Shown here piece after piece: positions 11,391 through 22,300 of a stretch of 64,000 bases of DNA. The position numbers were made by a program, and so were the translations under genes. The first letter of the stretch is position 1. Each line of letters starts with the position of its first letter. The notes beneath the pieces were generated by a model. It was not told the DNA's origin. It did no database searches and worked only from the letters and a program-made list of their open reading frames with translations. Source of the DNA: Stegostoma tigrinum (Eukaryota); contig NC_081387.1 in assembly GCF_030684315.1 (NCBI RefSeq), positions 23,802,647-23,866,646 on the forward strand, given 5' to 3'.

Positions 11391-12250
11391 TTAAGAGTTA
11401 ACATTTCGGAGACAGTAGGAACTACAGTTGCTGGAGAATCCGAGATAACAAGGTGTAGAGCTGGATGAACACACGCCAAGCAGCATCATAGGAGCAGGAA
11501 GGTTGACGTTTCGGGCCTAGGCCCTTCATCAGTCTGGTGACCCTTCCTCAGAACTGATTGTGGCTGGGATAACATCAGTTTATATGCAGAAATTAGGGAG
11601 GTGGGTGGGGTAGGGAGTAAATGATAGGATAGAGCCTAAAGAGAGAGAAAGACAGTTGGACAGACAAAGATGTTGATAACAACCTCGCTGGAAGTGTTAA
11701 TAGTTGTTAGTGACTAACAAGAGGTAGTGTGTAATGTGATAACAAGGCCTGGTGTGAGGGGTAGGAGGCTGAGGCATGGGAGAGTTTAGACCCTAAAGTG
11801 ATATTGAGTCTGGAGGTCCCCAAGTAGAAAATGAGGTGTTGTTCTTGAAGCTTGCATTGAGCTTTGCTGGAAAACTGCAGCAAGTCAGAGACAGAGATGT
11901 CGGCCAGGGAACGAGGTGGTGCATTAAAGTGGCAGGCAACAGGTTGTTCAGGATCTTTTTTGCGGACAGAACGTAGATGTTCTGCCAAGTGGGTCACTAA
12001 GTCGACGCTTAGTTTCCCCAATGTAGAGGAGACCACATTGTGAGCAGTGAATGCAGGAGACTAGATTCTGGGGAGTGCAGGTGAAGTGCTGCTTCACCAG
12101 GAATGTACGTTTGGGCCCTTGGATAGTGGTGAGGGAGGAGCTAAATGGGCAGGGATGAGGCCAGGGGTGGGGAGATTTTGAAACTGGTCATATCCACTTG
12201 AGACCAATGGGTTGTCGGCTCTCAACACGGAATTTGAGGTCCTCGAGTTT
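11391..12250 (-). mobile_element. Penelope-like element 3' part (GIY-YIG endonuclease plus pLTR), with a nested short repeat at 11409-11532
   Basis: LAEHLRSVRKKDPEQPVACHFN..QCKLQEQHLIFYLGT. Confidence 0.88.
11505..11532 (-). ncRNA. Minimal hammerhead ribozyme core (PLE-derived)
   Basis: CUGAUGA-A-GGGC(CUAG)GCCC-GAAA-CGUC. Confidence 0.65.
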
Positions 12251-12361
12251 CAAACTGGACTGGTCTTTGTACAGCTTGCCATCACTATCTTCTGGCTGAA
12301 ACTGGCACTGCAATAAACTGCACAGGAAAGGGCAACACTCTGGGCTCGATTTTCACTTTCA

Positions 12362-12525
12362 TCATAGATCATAGAATCCCTACAGTGTGGAAACAAGCCT
12401 TCAGCCCAACATGTTCACGCTGACCCTTAGCACACCCACGCAAGCCCACTCCCCTGTAACCCACCTAATCTACACCTGAACACTTTGGGCAATTTAGCAT
12501 GGCCAACCCACCTAGCCTGCACATC
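12362..12525 (-). mobile_element. HE1-type SINE 3' fragment
   Basis: Reverse complement of the body and tail of the SINE at 25232-25535. Confidence 0.75.
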
Positions 12526-12595
12526 AACCTCTCTCTTTAATTAAGCTTTTGGGAATTTGATCTAATATATTATGAGGTGGCCTATTTCTCCACCT

Positions 12596-12750
12596 TGGGC
12601 CCCTCTCTTCTGTGCTTGTCCACTCTCTTCCGTGTTGGGCTCACTATCCTCTGCACTGGAACCACTCAGGTCCATACTGGGCCTACTTGAGTCTGCGTTG
12701 AACCCAGTTGGGTCTGTCTTGGGCCCAATTGAGACTGTACTGGACAAGCT
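12596..12750. repeat. Degenerate 21-bp tandem repeat (about 6-7 units)
   Basis: tgggctcactatcctctgcac/tggaaccactcaggtccatac/tgggcctacttgagtctgcgt/tgaacccagttgggtctgtct/tgggcccaattgagactgtac. Confidence 0.8.
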
Positions 12751-13119
12751 TCGGTTTAGCAGTCCTACTCCACCATCGTGTTGGTGATATATGAGAAGGC
12801 AATTGCTCAAAATTTTGACAAGGCTTCAGACGGCTCAACAGCAGTTTTGTAATTGGTTTCATTTTTAAAAAACCTGTTAATGTTTCAGTTAAATAAAACA
12901 CCATTAACTCTGATTTATAAAAGAATACAAAAATGGTTCCTGTGAGCACAGTGAACTGTGTAAGTTTCATTAGGTATTGCATGGAATGGTGTCACAGGAT
13001 CTGGGGAGAAGCAGACTTACAAGGAAATTCCAAAATGTAATAGTGAATTGTTGTGGTGTTTTGACAATACTGCTTTGATATCAGCGTGTGTCATATCTCC
13101 TTTATACTCAGTACAAACT

Positions 13120-13244
13120 GACCACTAACACCAATAAAGGTCATTATTTTGAATCATGTCAGTAATTAAGAAAGGCAGGGGGACACAGTGGGACGTGACT
13201 CCCTGAGCCATGAATTCCAATAACATATCAAGATGAATATCATC
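13120..13244 (-). pseudogene. Possible decayed TM exon of the second BTN-like paralog
   Basis: ag|ATGATATT (DDI) ... CTTTATTGGTGT (LYW), versus ag|ACGATATC ... CTTTATTGGAGT in the intact TM exon. It lies downstream of the IgC relic. Confidence 0.4.
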
Positions 13245-13808
13245 TACTCCTGGAGCACCGTTAAGCTGGTGAAAATTACTACTCTGTGATCTTCCTGCGT
13301 TTGTCAATCTTACAGACCAAAGAGCTGTCAATAACTGTGAACTGTCGATTTGCACATTCCAAGGTCCAGGACGACATGCTGTGAGCTCAGAACATTCACT
13401 GCAAAGCTCAATGAAGAAACGCCATAGTCTAAGGTCATCCCAACAATTTTTTTTAAAAAATCAACCTTTTCAAAAATGTTATTATACATCTCTCAAGTAG
13501 GTGGATCTTGAAACTAGACCTTGTGGCTCAGAGGTAGGGACACCGCCATTGTGCCATAACAGGCTGGATCCCATGTCAAATCTCTCAAGTTGTCTGCACC
13601 AGAGAATGTTTAACATGAAATACAAATATAAATGTGTACTGTAAATGAAAACTCAAATTGTAAGTGTAATGAGACGCCTCAAAGTGTGATATTGTCATGA
13701 CAAATGAAATCCATTGCAGCTTTAAATTCAAACTAATGTAATTTGTTTCATGGATTTCAGGAACACTATTTATTATGTAAATAAAACTGTATTTTATCAT
13801 TTACTGGC

Positions 13809-14090
13809 CTGCTATCTGGATTGCTGCTTCTAGTTCTTCTTTCAATAGATGGTTATGTATGACACACTTGAAGCTTTTTTCAAATATTTTATTATGCCAC
13901 ACTGCTGTGGACATTTACAAGACCTTTCGAGTCACATCGATAGTTTATTTCAGGCTGTGCTGTTAGGTTCTGTCCATTTCCACCAGTCAATGATATCTGG
14001 GGCTGTGGGAACCATCCATTGATTCACAAAGAAGCCGAATTCCATTTTTACGGTAACCATCGACCTGGATCCAGTGCTCACAGCCCAGTG
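13809..14090 (-). pseudogene. Decayed IgC exon of a second butyrophilin-like paralog
   Basis: Hand translation across about 3 indels gives LGCEHWIQVDGYRKNGIRLLCESNGWFPQPQI...DSKGLVNVHSSV...FKCVIHNHLLKEELEAAIQIA, which aligns with the 44483-44764 exon. Acceptor is AG>AC and donor is GT>GC. Confidence 0.85.
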
Positions 14091-15044
14091 GTACACTAGT
14101 CAATAAACAACTTTTAAAACATCTTCCAAACAATTTGCAACTCACAAGTCAGCTTATTTACCGTTATTGAATGATAATACAGTTCAAATATTTCTGTGAC
14201 AGCACAGTGTGGAGCTGGAGGGGCTCAGCAGGCCAGGCTGCATCAGAGGAGCAGCAAAGTTGAATATTTGGAACTCAACTCTTACATTCCCACAATCTGA
14301 TTGAAGACTTTTGGTTCTGAACGAGGGTCACTGGACTCGAAACATGACTTTTCTGATTTCCAGCATCCCCAATATTTAATTCCATTGACTCTGTCCACAG
14401 ATGCTGCTTGGCCTGCTGAGTATTTTCAGCATTTTCTGGTTTTATTTCTGGTTTCCAGTATCCCCAGAATTTGATTGTGTAACAGTGTCATCTGTTGGAT
14501 TTGAATGTCACTAAATGATTTTGGGCCACAGTACCGTGTCCTGCCAGGCAGAGACAGAAAAAGAGGACATTTTCAGAGATTAACTGTTGTTTTGAACATG
14601 TTTACATTTTACTCTTCATTGAAAAAATTGTGGAAAGTAAAGTCTCTAAATCCTCAGCAGGTCAGGCAGCATCCACGCAGAAAACTGGAGTTAATGGAGT
14701 TGAATTCTGGGGATGCTGGGAGAGAGTGGATTTTGTGTAATTCCCTTCCCCATGATGCAAGGAGCTCAATACAGTATAATATGTAAATACAGTTCTGTCA
14801 CCATGTCAGTGTTTGGATTTGCCCCTCAGGATTTCATGTTCTGGGTGCAGAGTGAGAAATGGAAACACAGAGAAATCCCAGCTCCAGACTGGACAAGATG
14901 TGAAGGGATAAAGAATGGGACTGGGGCGGGGCGGATGAATGAAGGTGGAATAAATAAACTAAAGGGAGATGTAAGATACTTAATGTAATTTTCATTGTAA
15001 TCCGTTGACCTTGGTTTTTGCATTTTACAAACTATTATCTGGAA

Positions 15045-15315
15045 GCTCGCTGGCAGCTCTGCTGCCGCGCAGTGCCAGAGTTGGTGGGTTCAGTCCCAGC
15101 CTTGGCTGGCTGCCTGAGTGGAGTTTGCACATTTTCCCTGTGTTTGTATGGGTTTCCTCCCACAGTCCAGAATTGTGCAAATTTGGTGGCCAAATTTGTA
15201 GTGACTAGGTATGTCCAGGCTAGATGGATTAGCCATGGTAAATATGGGGATAGGGTAGGGGACTGTGCCCGGACCTCTGCAGATGGCAAGCACAGACTTG
15301 AATGGGCTGTTTCTG
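15045..15315 (+). mobile_element. Degenerate HE1-type SINE
   Basis: ggagtttgcacattttccctg core; similar to 25232-25535. Confidence 0.7.
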
Positions 15316-15319
15316 CAAA

Positions 15320-15682
15320 CAAACAAACGAAGAAACCTAAAACACAGGAACAGGCCCTTCGGCCCTCCAAGCCTGCGCTGATCAAGATCCTCTGTCTAAC
15401 CTGACATCTATTTTCTAACGGCCTGTGTCCATTTGCTCCCTGCCCATCCATGTACCTGTCCAAATATATCTTAAAAGGTGCTATCGTGTCTGCGTCTACC
15501 ACCTCCGCTGGCAACGCGTTCCAGGCGCCCACCACCCTCTATGTAAAGAACTTTCCACGCATATCTCCCTTAAACTTTCCTCCTCTCACTTTGAACTCAT
15601 GACCCCTAGTAATTGAGACCCCAACTCTGGGAAAAAGCTTTTTGCTATCCACCCTGTCTATACCCCTCATGATTTTGTAGAC
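15320..15682 (-). mobile_element. CR1 3' end, same subfamily as 6871-8444
   Basis: Near-identical 3' UTR (gatcttgatcagcgcaggcttggagggccgaag). Confidence 0.92.
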
Positions 15683-15830
15683 ATTTTTGCATTGCAATCA
15701 TTCTATGATTTAGTGATAATCTGTTGTCAATAGTGGTTTCTGACTTCCACCATCTACAGTTCTTTGTTTTTTTCCTAATTTCCTCCCATCCCAGCGTCAG
15801 GTCATTGTGAGGTGAAGGAGACTCTGAGGC

Positions 15831-16372
15831 CTACCCCTTTCCCAGATCCCGATCTGAGGTGGAGCAGATTTTCAGAAATTGGTTCACATCAAATGTTTGA
15901 AAGAAAGGATAAAGTTTCTCAGTGAATTTATTCCCAGCGAAGGTGTGGAGATGAGACTTGGTGTCTGCGTTGTAAAATGAAATTGTCCCAGACTCATAAC
16001 TGAGATAAATTCCCACCTTCCCAGGGACCTGATCGACACAGAGTGGAGTTTGAGGGATTGAGTTTACATCAAAATTCTCCCTAAACCGCTCAATGGTCCA
16101 GAATCTATTATCTGGGATCAGTCTGACCCAATCCTTCCTCTGTACAGACTCTGAGGCTACTCCCAGAATCCAGCGCTGATTCCCCAGCACCTCCACCTCC
16201 CAGTAATGTCTCCCCGATGTGAATCCCTCTGATCCAAGGGCACAGTCCCAGTTTGAAAACCTCTTCCCAGTGTCAGGGAGACTCCTCCAGGTCCAGGTCC
16301 GTTTCATACTCTTCAGATCCTTCGACACCTCAAGCCAGGAACTTACTGTTTCCAAATCCAGGGTAACAGAGA
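15831..16372 (-). CDS. B30.2 (PRY-SPRY) terminal exon
   Basis: ttctctcccag|TCTCTGTTACCCTGGAT. Encodes VSVTLD...GFTSGRHYWEVEV...GKVGIYLSYESGTISFYNA...FTEKLYPFF; TAG at 15831. Confidence 0.97.
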
Positions 16373-19300
16373 CTGGGAGAGAAAACAGAAATTAGAAGCA
16401 GCCCCTGGGGATGTGTCTGTCTGTATTTGGTGACCTTGGGGGGATATGAGAGTGTGTGGGTGGAATGGTTTGTCTATGCGGGTCAACGTGTGTATGGGCA
16501 TGGGAATTGTATAAGTGTGTGCCAGTGTTTGTGTGAGTGTGTGTTTTTGTGGGGGGGTTCAGTGCAATGAGATGTGAGTGTGTATTCTGCGGTATGGTGT
16601 GGGGAGGCAAGGGGGACATGCGTGTTGGACACAGGAATACAGGTCATCATCATATTGGGAAGTGCACCTTGAGGCAGGCAATAAATGTGATCTTTGCAGT
16701 GATTCCAAATACTACAAAAGAAAAATAATTTTTAAGACTTTCTCTTTTTCAGATAACTGAAGCTACAGAAGACTTTTGCCAACAGCTTTGAATTTCTGAA
16801 TGTCTGCAGACTTTCAACGTCACAACACAGTGATATATGAGGCATTCAGTGATAAAGCTGTGAACTTAAAAATGTTATTTTGTCCTGAGTTTTTCGGAAG
16901 AGAGGTTGTAAAGGCAGAGGTATGAAGTGGCTATGGAAGAAGGCCTAAGTTAACAGTCAGAGGAGGCCTTTAGGTTCTTTGTTACAATAGTAATTTGTTG
17001 TAACAATAGTTGTAGCAATGGAAGGCGAGTGGCCAGTTTTCACAGATCAAGCTTTGTAGCTTTTTTCAGTTGTAGCAGTCAGAAGCTATTTGGGGTTCCA
17101 GAAGAGTTGGAGCTTTAGTAAATGATTTCTAGCTGCTACTTTCTCTGAAATCACTCTTGATGTTGTTTCCTCCTGGACTGGGAACTGCCTGTCAGAGTCT
17201 GCATCTGAATTTACCATTTTTCCAAGGTGTGTACTTATGGGATGTTACTGTATTGGATTAATTATTAATAGGTTAATTATTAATCGGTACCGTATCTATC
17301 ATTTGGTTAAGTTTTCCAATAGTTAAGTTATTCTAAATTTCTCTTTCTTTTGTTATTACTTTAACTGTCATGTTTAAGTAAATTGTGCTTTGCTTAATGT
17401 CAAATAGGTTGCCCATTCACCACCTCTGGAACGTGCACTTCACACCTTCATTTAAAATAAGAAAAAGTGACAGTCTTGGCTACCCTCTTAAAATACTTTG
17501 AGGGGATCTAGTCTGGTTCATAACAAACTGGGGGCTCTTGTCGGGATGTAATTCCATAATTCCAATTTGGGTTTAGGGCTGTTGAACTCAAAGGTGGCGA
17601 GTGGTAGGTGTTAGTGTCTTTTGTTTCAGCTGTTGTTTCAGATGGTTTAAACAGTGCTTTGTGCAGTAATGGCTCTTTCAGTCACTAAGAGTTTTCTGGG
17701 GGTGGAAGAAATGATTTCAGGGGTTTGACAAAAAGTGAGCAAGGTGAAACTGTTGGAATTAGCAGACAAGCAGGAGCTGAGGTTGCCTTTGTGAGAAAAG
17801 GAGAAATAATTATAGCAATAAAATCCGAATGAACTGCAGATGCTGTAAATCAAGAACAGGAACAAAGTTGTTGGAAAAGTTCAGCAGGTCTGGCAGCATC
17901 TGTGAAGTAAAAAACAGAGTTAACATTTCAGGTCCGGTGACCCTTCCTCAGAACTGATGGTGGCCGGGAAACCATCAGTTTATTTGCAGAAAATAGGGAG
18001 GTTGGTGGGGTAGAGAGTAAACGGTAGGATAGAGGACAGACAAAGGAGTTGCTAATGATCAGGCTGGGATGGTGATTAGTTGTTAATGGGGACTGTTAGT
18101 GACTAACAACAGGGGATGTATAATGACAGGCTATGTGATAACAAGGCCTGGTGTGTGGCGTAAGGTTCCGGAACATGGGAGAGTTTAGGCCCTAAAATTA
18201 TTGAACTCAATATTGAGTCCGAATTTCAGAAAGTTTTCTGAAGAAGGGTCCTGACCCGAAACGTCAGTTTTCCTGCTTCTCTGATGCTGCCTGGCCTGCA
18301 GTGTTCCTCCAGCTCCACACTGTGTTATCTTATTTTGTCCTAGGATTTTTTTAAAGAGAGGCTGGAAAGGCAAAGGTGCTGAAGTCAACAATCCGTGGAG
18401 GCCTTTATGTTTTTATTACAACAGTTGTAACAATGGAAAGAGGGTGGCCAGTTCTTACAGATCAAGCTTTCTATATTTTTTAGCTGTAGCAGTCAGAAGT
18501 TGTTTGTGTGACCCTAAGACGGTTAAATAGATCTTCAAACAGATTTAGCAACTCAAGTCTGGGCCTCCGTGAGGTTCTGTAGGCCGTCAGTAGCATCAGA
18601 ATTGTACTCTAGCACAATCTGTAATCTCATGGCCTGCATTTCCCCCACTCAACCATTACCATCAAGCCAGGGAATCAACTCTGGTTCAATGGAGAGTACA
18701 GGAGGACATGCCAGGAACAGCACCAGGAATACCTGAAGATGACGTATCAACCCGGTGAGACCACCAAACAGGACTACTTGCACACTAAACATCATAAACA
18801 GCAAGTGATAGACAGAGCTAAGCGATCTCACAACCAACGGATCAGACATGAGCTCTGCAGTCCTGCCACATCCAGTCGTGAATGGTGGTAGATAAACAAC
18901 TCAATGGAGGAGGAGGCTCCACAAACCTCCCCAACCTCAATGATGGAAGAGCCCAGCACATCAGTGCAAGAGATAAGCCTGAGGCATTCGCAGCAATCTT
19001 CAGCCAGAAGTGCCGAGTAGATGATTCATCTCCATGTCCTCCAGTTATTCCCTTCATAACAGATACAAACTTCAGCCAATTTGATTCACTCCATGCGATA
19101 TCAAGAAACGGTTGGAGACACTGGACACAGCAAAGGCTACCGGCCCTGACAACCTTCTGGTGACAGTACTGAAGACGTGTGCTCCAGAACTTGCTGCTCC
19201 CCGGCCAAGCTGTTCCAGCCCAGTTAAAACACTGGTATCTACCTGACAATATGGATTTTTTAAAAAATTCATTCACAGGATGAGAGCACCACTGGATAGG

Positions 19301-22300
19301 CAGAATTTATTGTGCATCCTTAATTGCCCAGTAGGCAATTAAGAGTCAACCACGTTGCTATGGGTCTGGAGTCACATGTAGGCCCGACCAGATGAGGATG
19401 GTAGTTTCCTTCTCTAAAGCGCATTAGTGAAACAGATGGTATTTTCTAAGAATGAACAATGCAGTCACAGTCATTGTTAAATTCTTAATTCCAGATATTT
19501 TACTGAATTCAAATTCCACCATCTGCTGTGGCGGGATTTGAACCCGCGTCCCAGGAATGTTATCTGAGTCTCTGGATTAACAGTCCAGTGATAATACCAC
19601 TCGGCCATCACTTCCCCAAATTCCTAAGTATGCCCTGTACGCACAAAGCAGAACAAATCCAACCCAGCCAATTACCACCCCATCAATCTCCTCTTGATCA
19701 TCAGTTAAGTGCTATCAAGCAGCTTCTGCTCAGTGATGCCCAGTTTGGATTCTGCAGGGCCACTCAGCTCCTGACCTCATTACAGCCTTGGTTCAAACAT
19801 GGACAAAAGAGCTGAATTCCAGAGGTGGGGTGAGAGTGACAGCCCCTGATGTCAAAGCTCTTTGACCTTAGCATCAAGGAGCCCCAGCAAAACTGGTGTC
19901 GGGAGCAAACTGTCAGTGGTCGGAGTCATACCTCACACATAGGAAAATAATGACTCTGTTTGTCGGAAGTCAATCATCTCAGCTCAGGACATCTCTGCAG
20001 GAGTTCCTCACAGTAGTGTCCTAGGCCCAACCATCTTCAGCTGCTATATCAATGACTCCGTCATAAGGACAGAAGTGGGGATGATCGCCGATGATTGCAC
20101 AATGTTCAGCACCATTCGTGACTCCTCAGACGCTAAAGCTAGAAGAAGGGTCTAGGCCCGAAATGTCAGCTTTCCTGCTCCTCTAATGCTGCTTGGCCTG
20201 CTGTGTTCATCCAGCTCTACACCTTGTTATCTCAGATTCTCCAGCATCTGCAGTTCCTACGATCTCATGTTAAAATGTAACAAGATCTGGGCAATATCCA
20301 GGCTCAGGCTGACAAGTGGCAAGTAATATTCATGCCACACAAATGCCAGGCTATAACCATCACCAAAAAGAGATCATTGAACCATCGGCTCTTGACATTC
20401 TATGGTGTTACCATCACTGAATCCCCCACTATCAACATCCTGGGGATTATCATTGACTCAAAACTCATTTGGGCACAACAAATAAACACAGTGGCTATAG
20501 GAGCAGGCCAGAAACTGGGAATACTGCTGTGAGTAACTCACCTGCTGACTCCTCAAAGCCTGTCCACCAACTACGAGGCACAAGTCATGAGTGAGATGGA
20601 ATATTTCCAACTTGCCTGAATGGGTGCAGCTCCACCAACACTCAAGGAATTTGGCACCATCTAGGGCAAAGCAGCCCACTTGATTGGGACCACATCCACA
20701 AGCATTCACTCCCTCTACCATCGACGCTCAGCAGCAGCAGTGTGCACTATCTACAAGATGATCTGCAGAAATTCACCAAAGACCCTCAGACAGTGCATTC
20801 CAAACCCACAATCACTTCCATCTGAAGGACAAGGGCAGCAGACAAATGGGAACACCACCGCCTCCAAGTTACCCTCCAAGCCACTCACCATCCTGACTTG
20901 GAAATATATCGTCGTTCCTTCACTTTTACTATGGGAAATCCTGGAATTCCCTCTTTAATGGCATTGTGGGTCAATCCACAGCAGGAGGACTGCAGTGGTT
21001 CAAGAAGGCAGCTCACTACCATCTTCTCCAGGGCATGGGCAACAAATGCTAGCCAGCAACGCCCACATCCCACAATGAATAAAAAAATTCTGGTCTCCCT
21101 ACTACAGAAAAGATGTTTTGAAACTTAAAGGACTCAGAAAAAAATTACAAGAATGTTGCCAGGCTCGTAGGTTTGAGCTATTGGGAGAGGCTGAATAGCC
21201 TGGGGCTTTTTTCCCTACAGCGTTGGAGGCTGAGGGGTGACATTATACAGGTATATAAAATCATGACGGGTATGGATAGAGTGAATAGCGAAGGTCTTTT
21301 CCTCAGGGTAGGGGAGTCCCAAACTAAAGGGTACAGGTTTAAGGTGAGAGAGAAAGATTTAAAAGGAAACTAAGGGGCAAAGTTTTCACATAGAGGGTAG
21401 TGCATGTATGGAATGAGCTGCCAGAGGAGGCTGACTCAATTACAACCTTTGAAATGCATCTGGATGGGCACATGAATAGGACAAGTTTAGAGATATGAGT
21501 CAAATGCTGGCAAATGGGTCAAGATTAATTTTGCATATCTGGTCTTTTGAGTTTCTTTCCCTCCTGTGTGTTAAAATACAAGTTGAGAGCTTACCTTCAC
21601 AGTCACAAATTCGCTTCCACTCTGAAAACAAATAATAAATAGTTTGAAGAACTTGCTGTGATAGGAAGCATAACTAAAAGGTTTTCACAGACATTTTTGA
21701 ATGTGGTAAATACAGCTTAATAGACCTCCTGTTGTAGTGCTCATTACAAACTGGAAATTAAGAATCAAATTTTCACAACTGTTACTGAGGCAGATAGCTC
21801 CAGTTGGGATGTTTCAGGACTCGCTTCAGTAAAAAGGACCTGAATTGTGCAATTTTCCCTCCAAAGGCAGTGGTGGATCGGGGTGTGGGAGTTGGGGACG
21901 TGGGATGGGGGTGAGTGCAGTGGGAAAGTCTAGGACAGAGTGGGACCTGACTGATCCTGGAAACAGATCCTTGGCCACCAAGGCAGCAGGCGAGGGCTGA
22001 GATGGACTGGTTAGAAGCCCTGCCTTGGTTCTCTGGGACTTTCTCACCCAGCTGTGATAAAACCAGGGGCTCTCTACCCCCGAACTCTCTAATTCCTTCA
22101 CACAATCCCCATGGCCCTCATACTGTCCATGCCAACTCATCTCCCAAAACAATTTCCATGTCCCCTCTGATATTCCCCATGCCAGCTCAATGTCAACTCA
22201 TACCATTCAGATATTTCTCGTGATCATTCATACTTTCCACACCATAGAACATAGAACATAGAACACAGAATATTACAGCACAGTACAGGCCCTTCAGCCC

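Noticed and set aside
10896-11468. 190-aa plus-strand ORF
   Set aside because: By-product of the tandem repeat, antisense to the ERV leader, and running into a PLE repeat.
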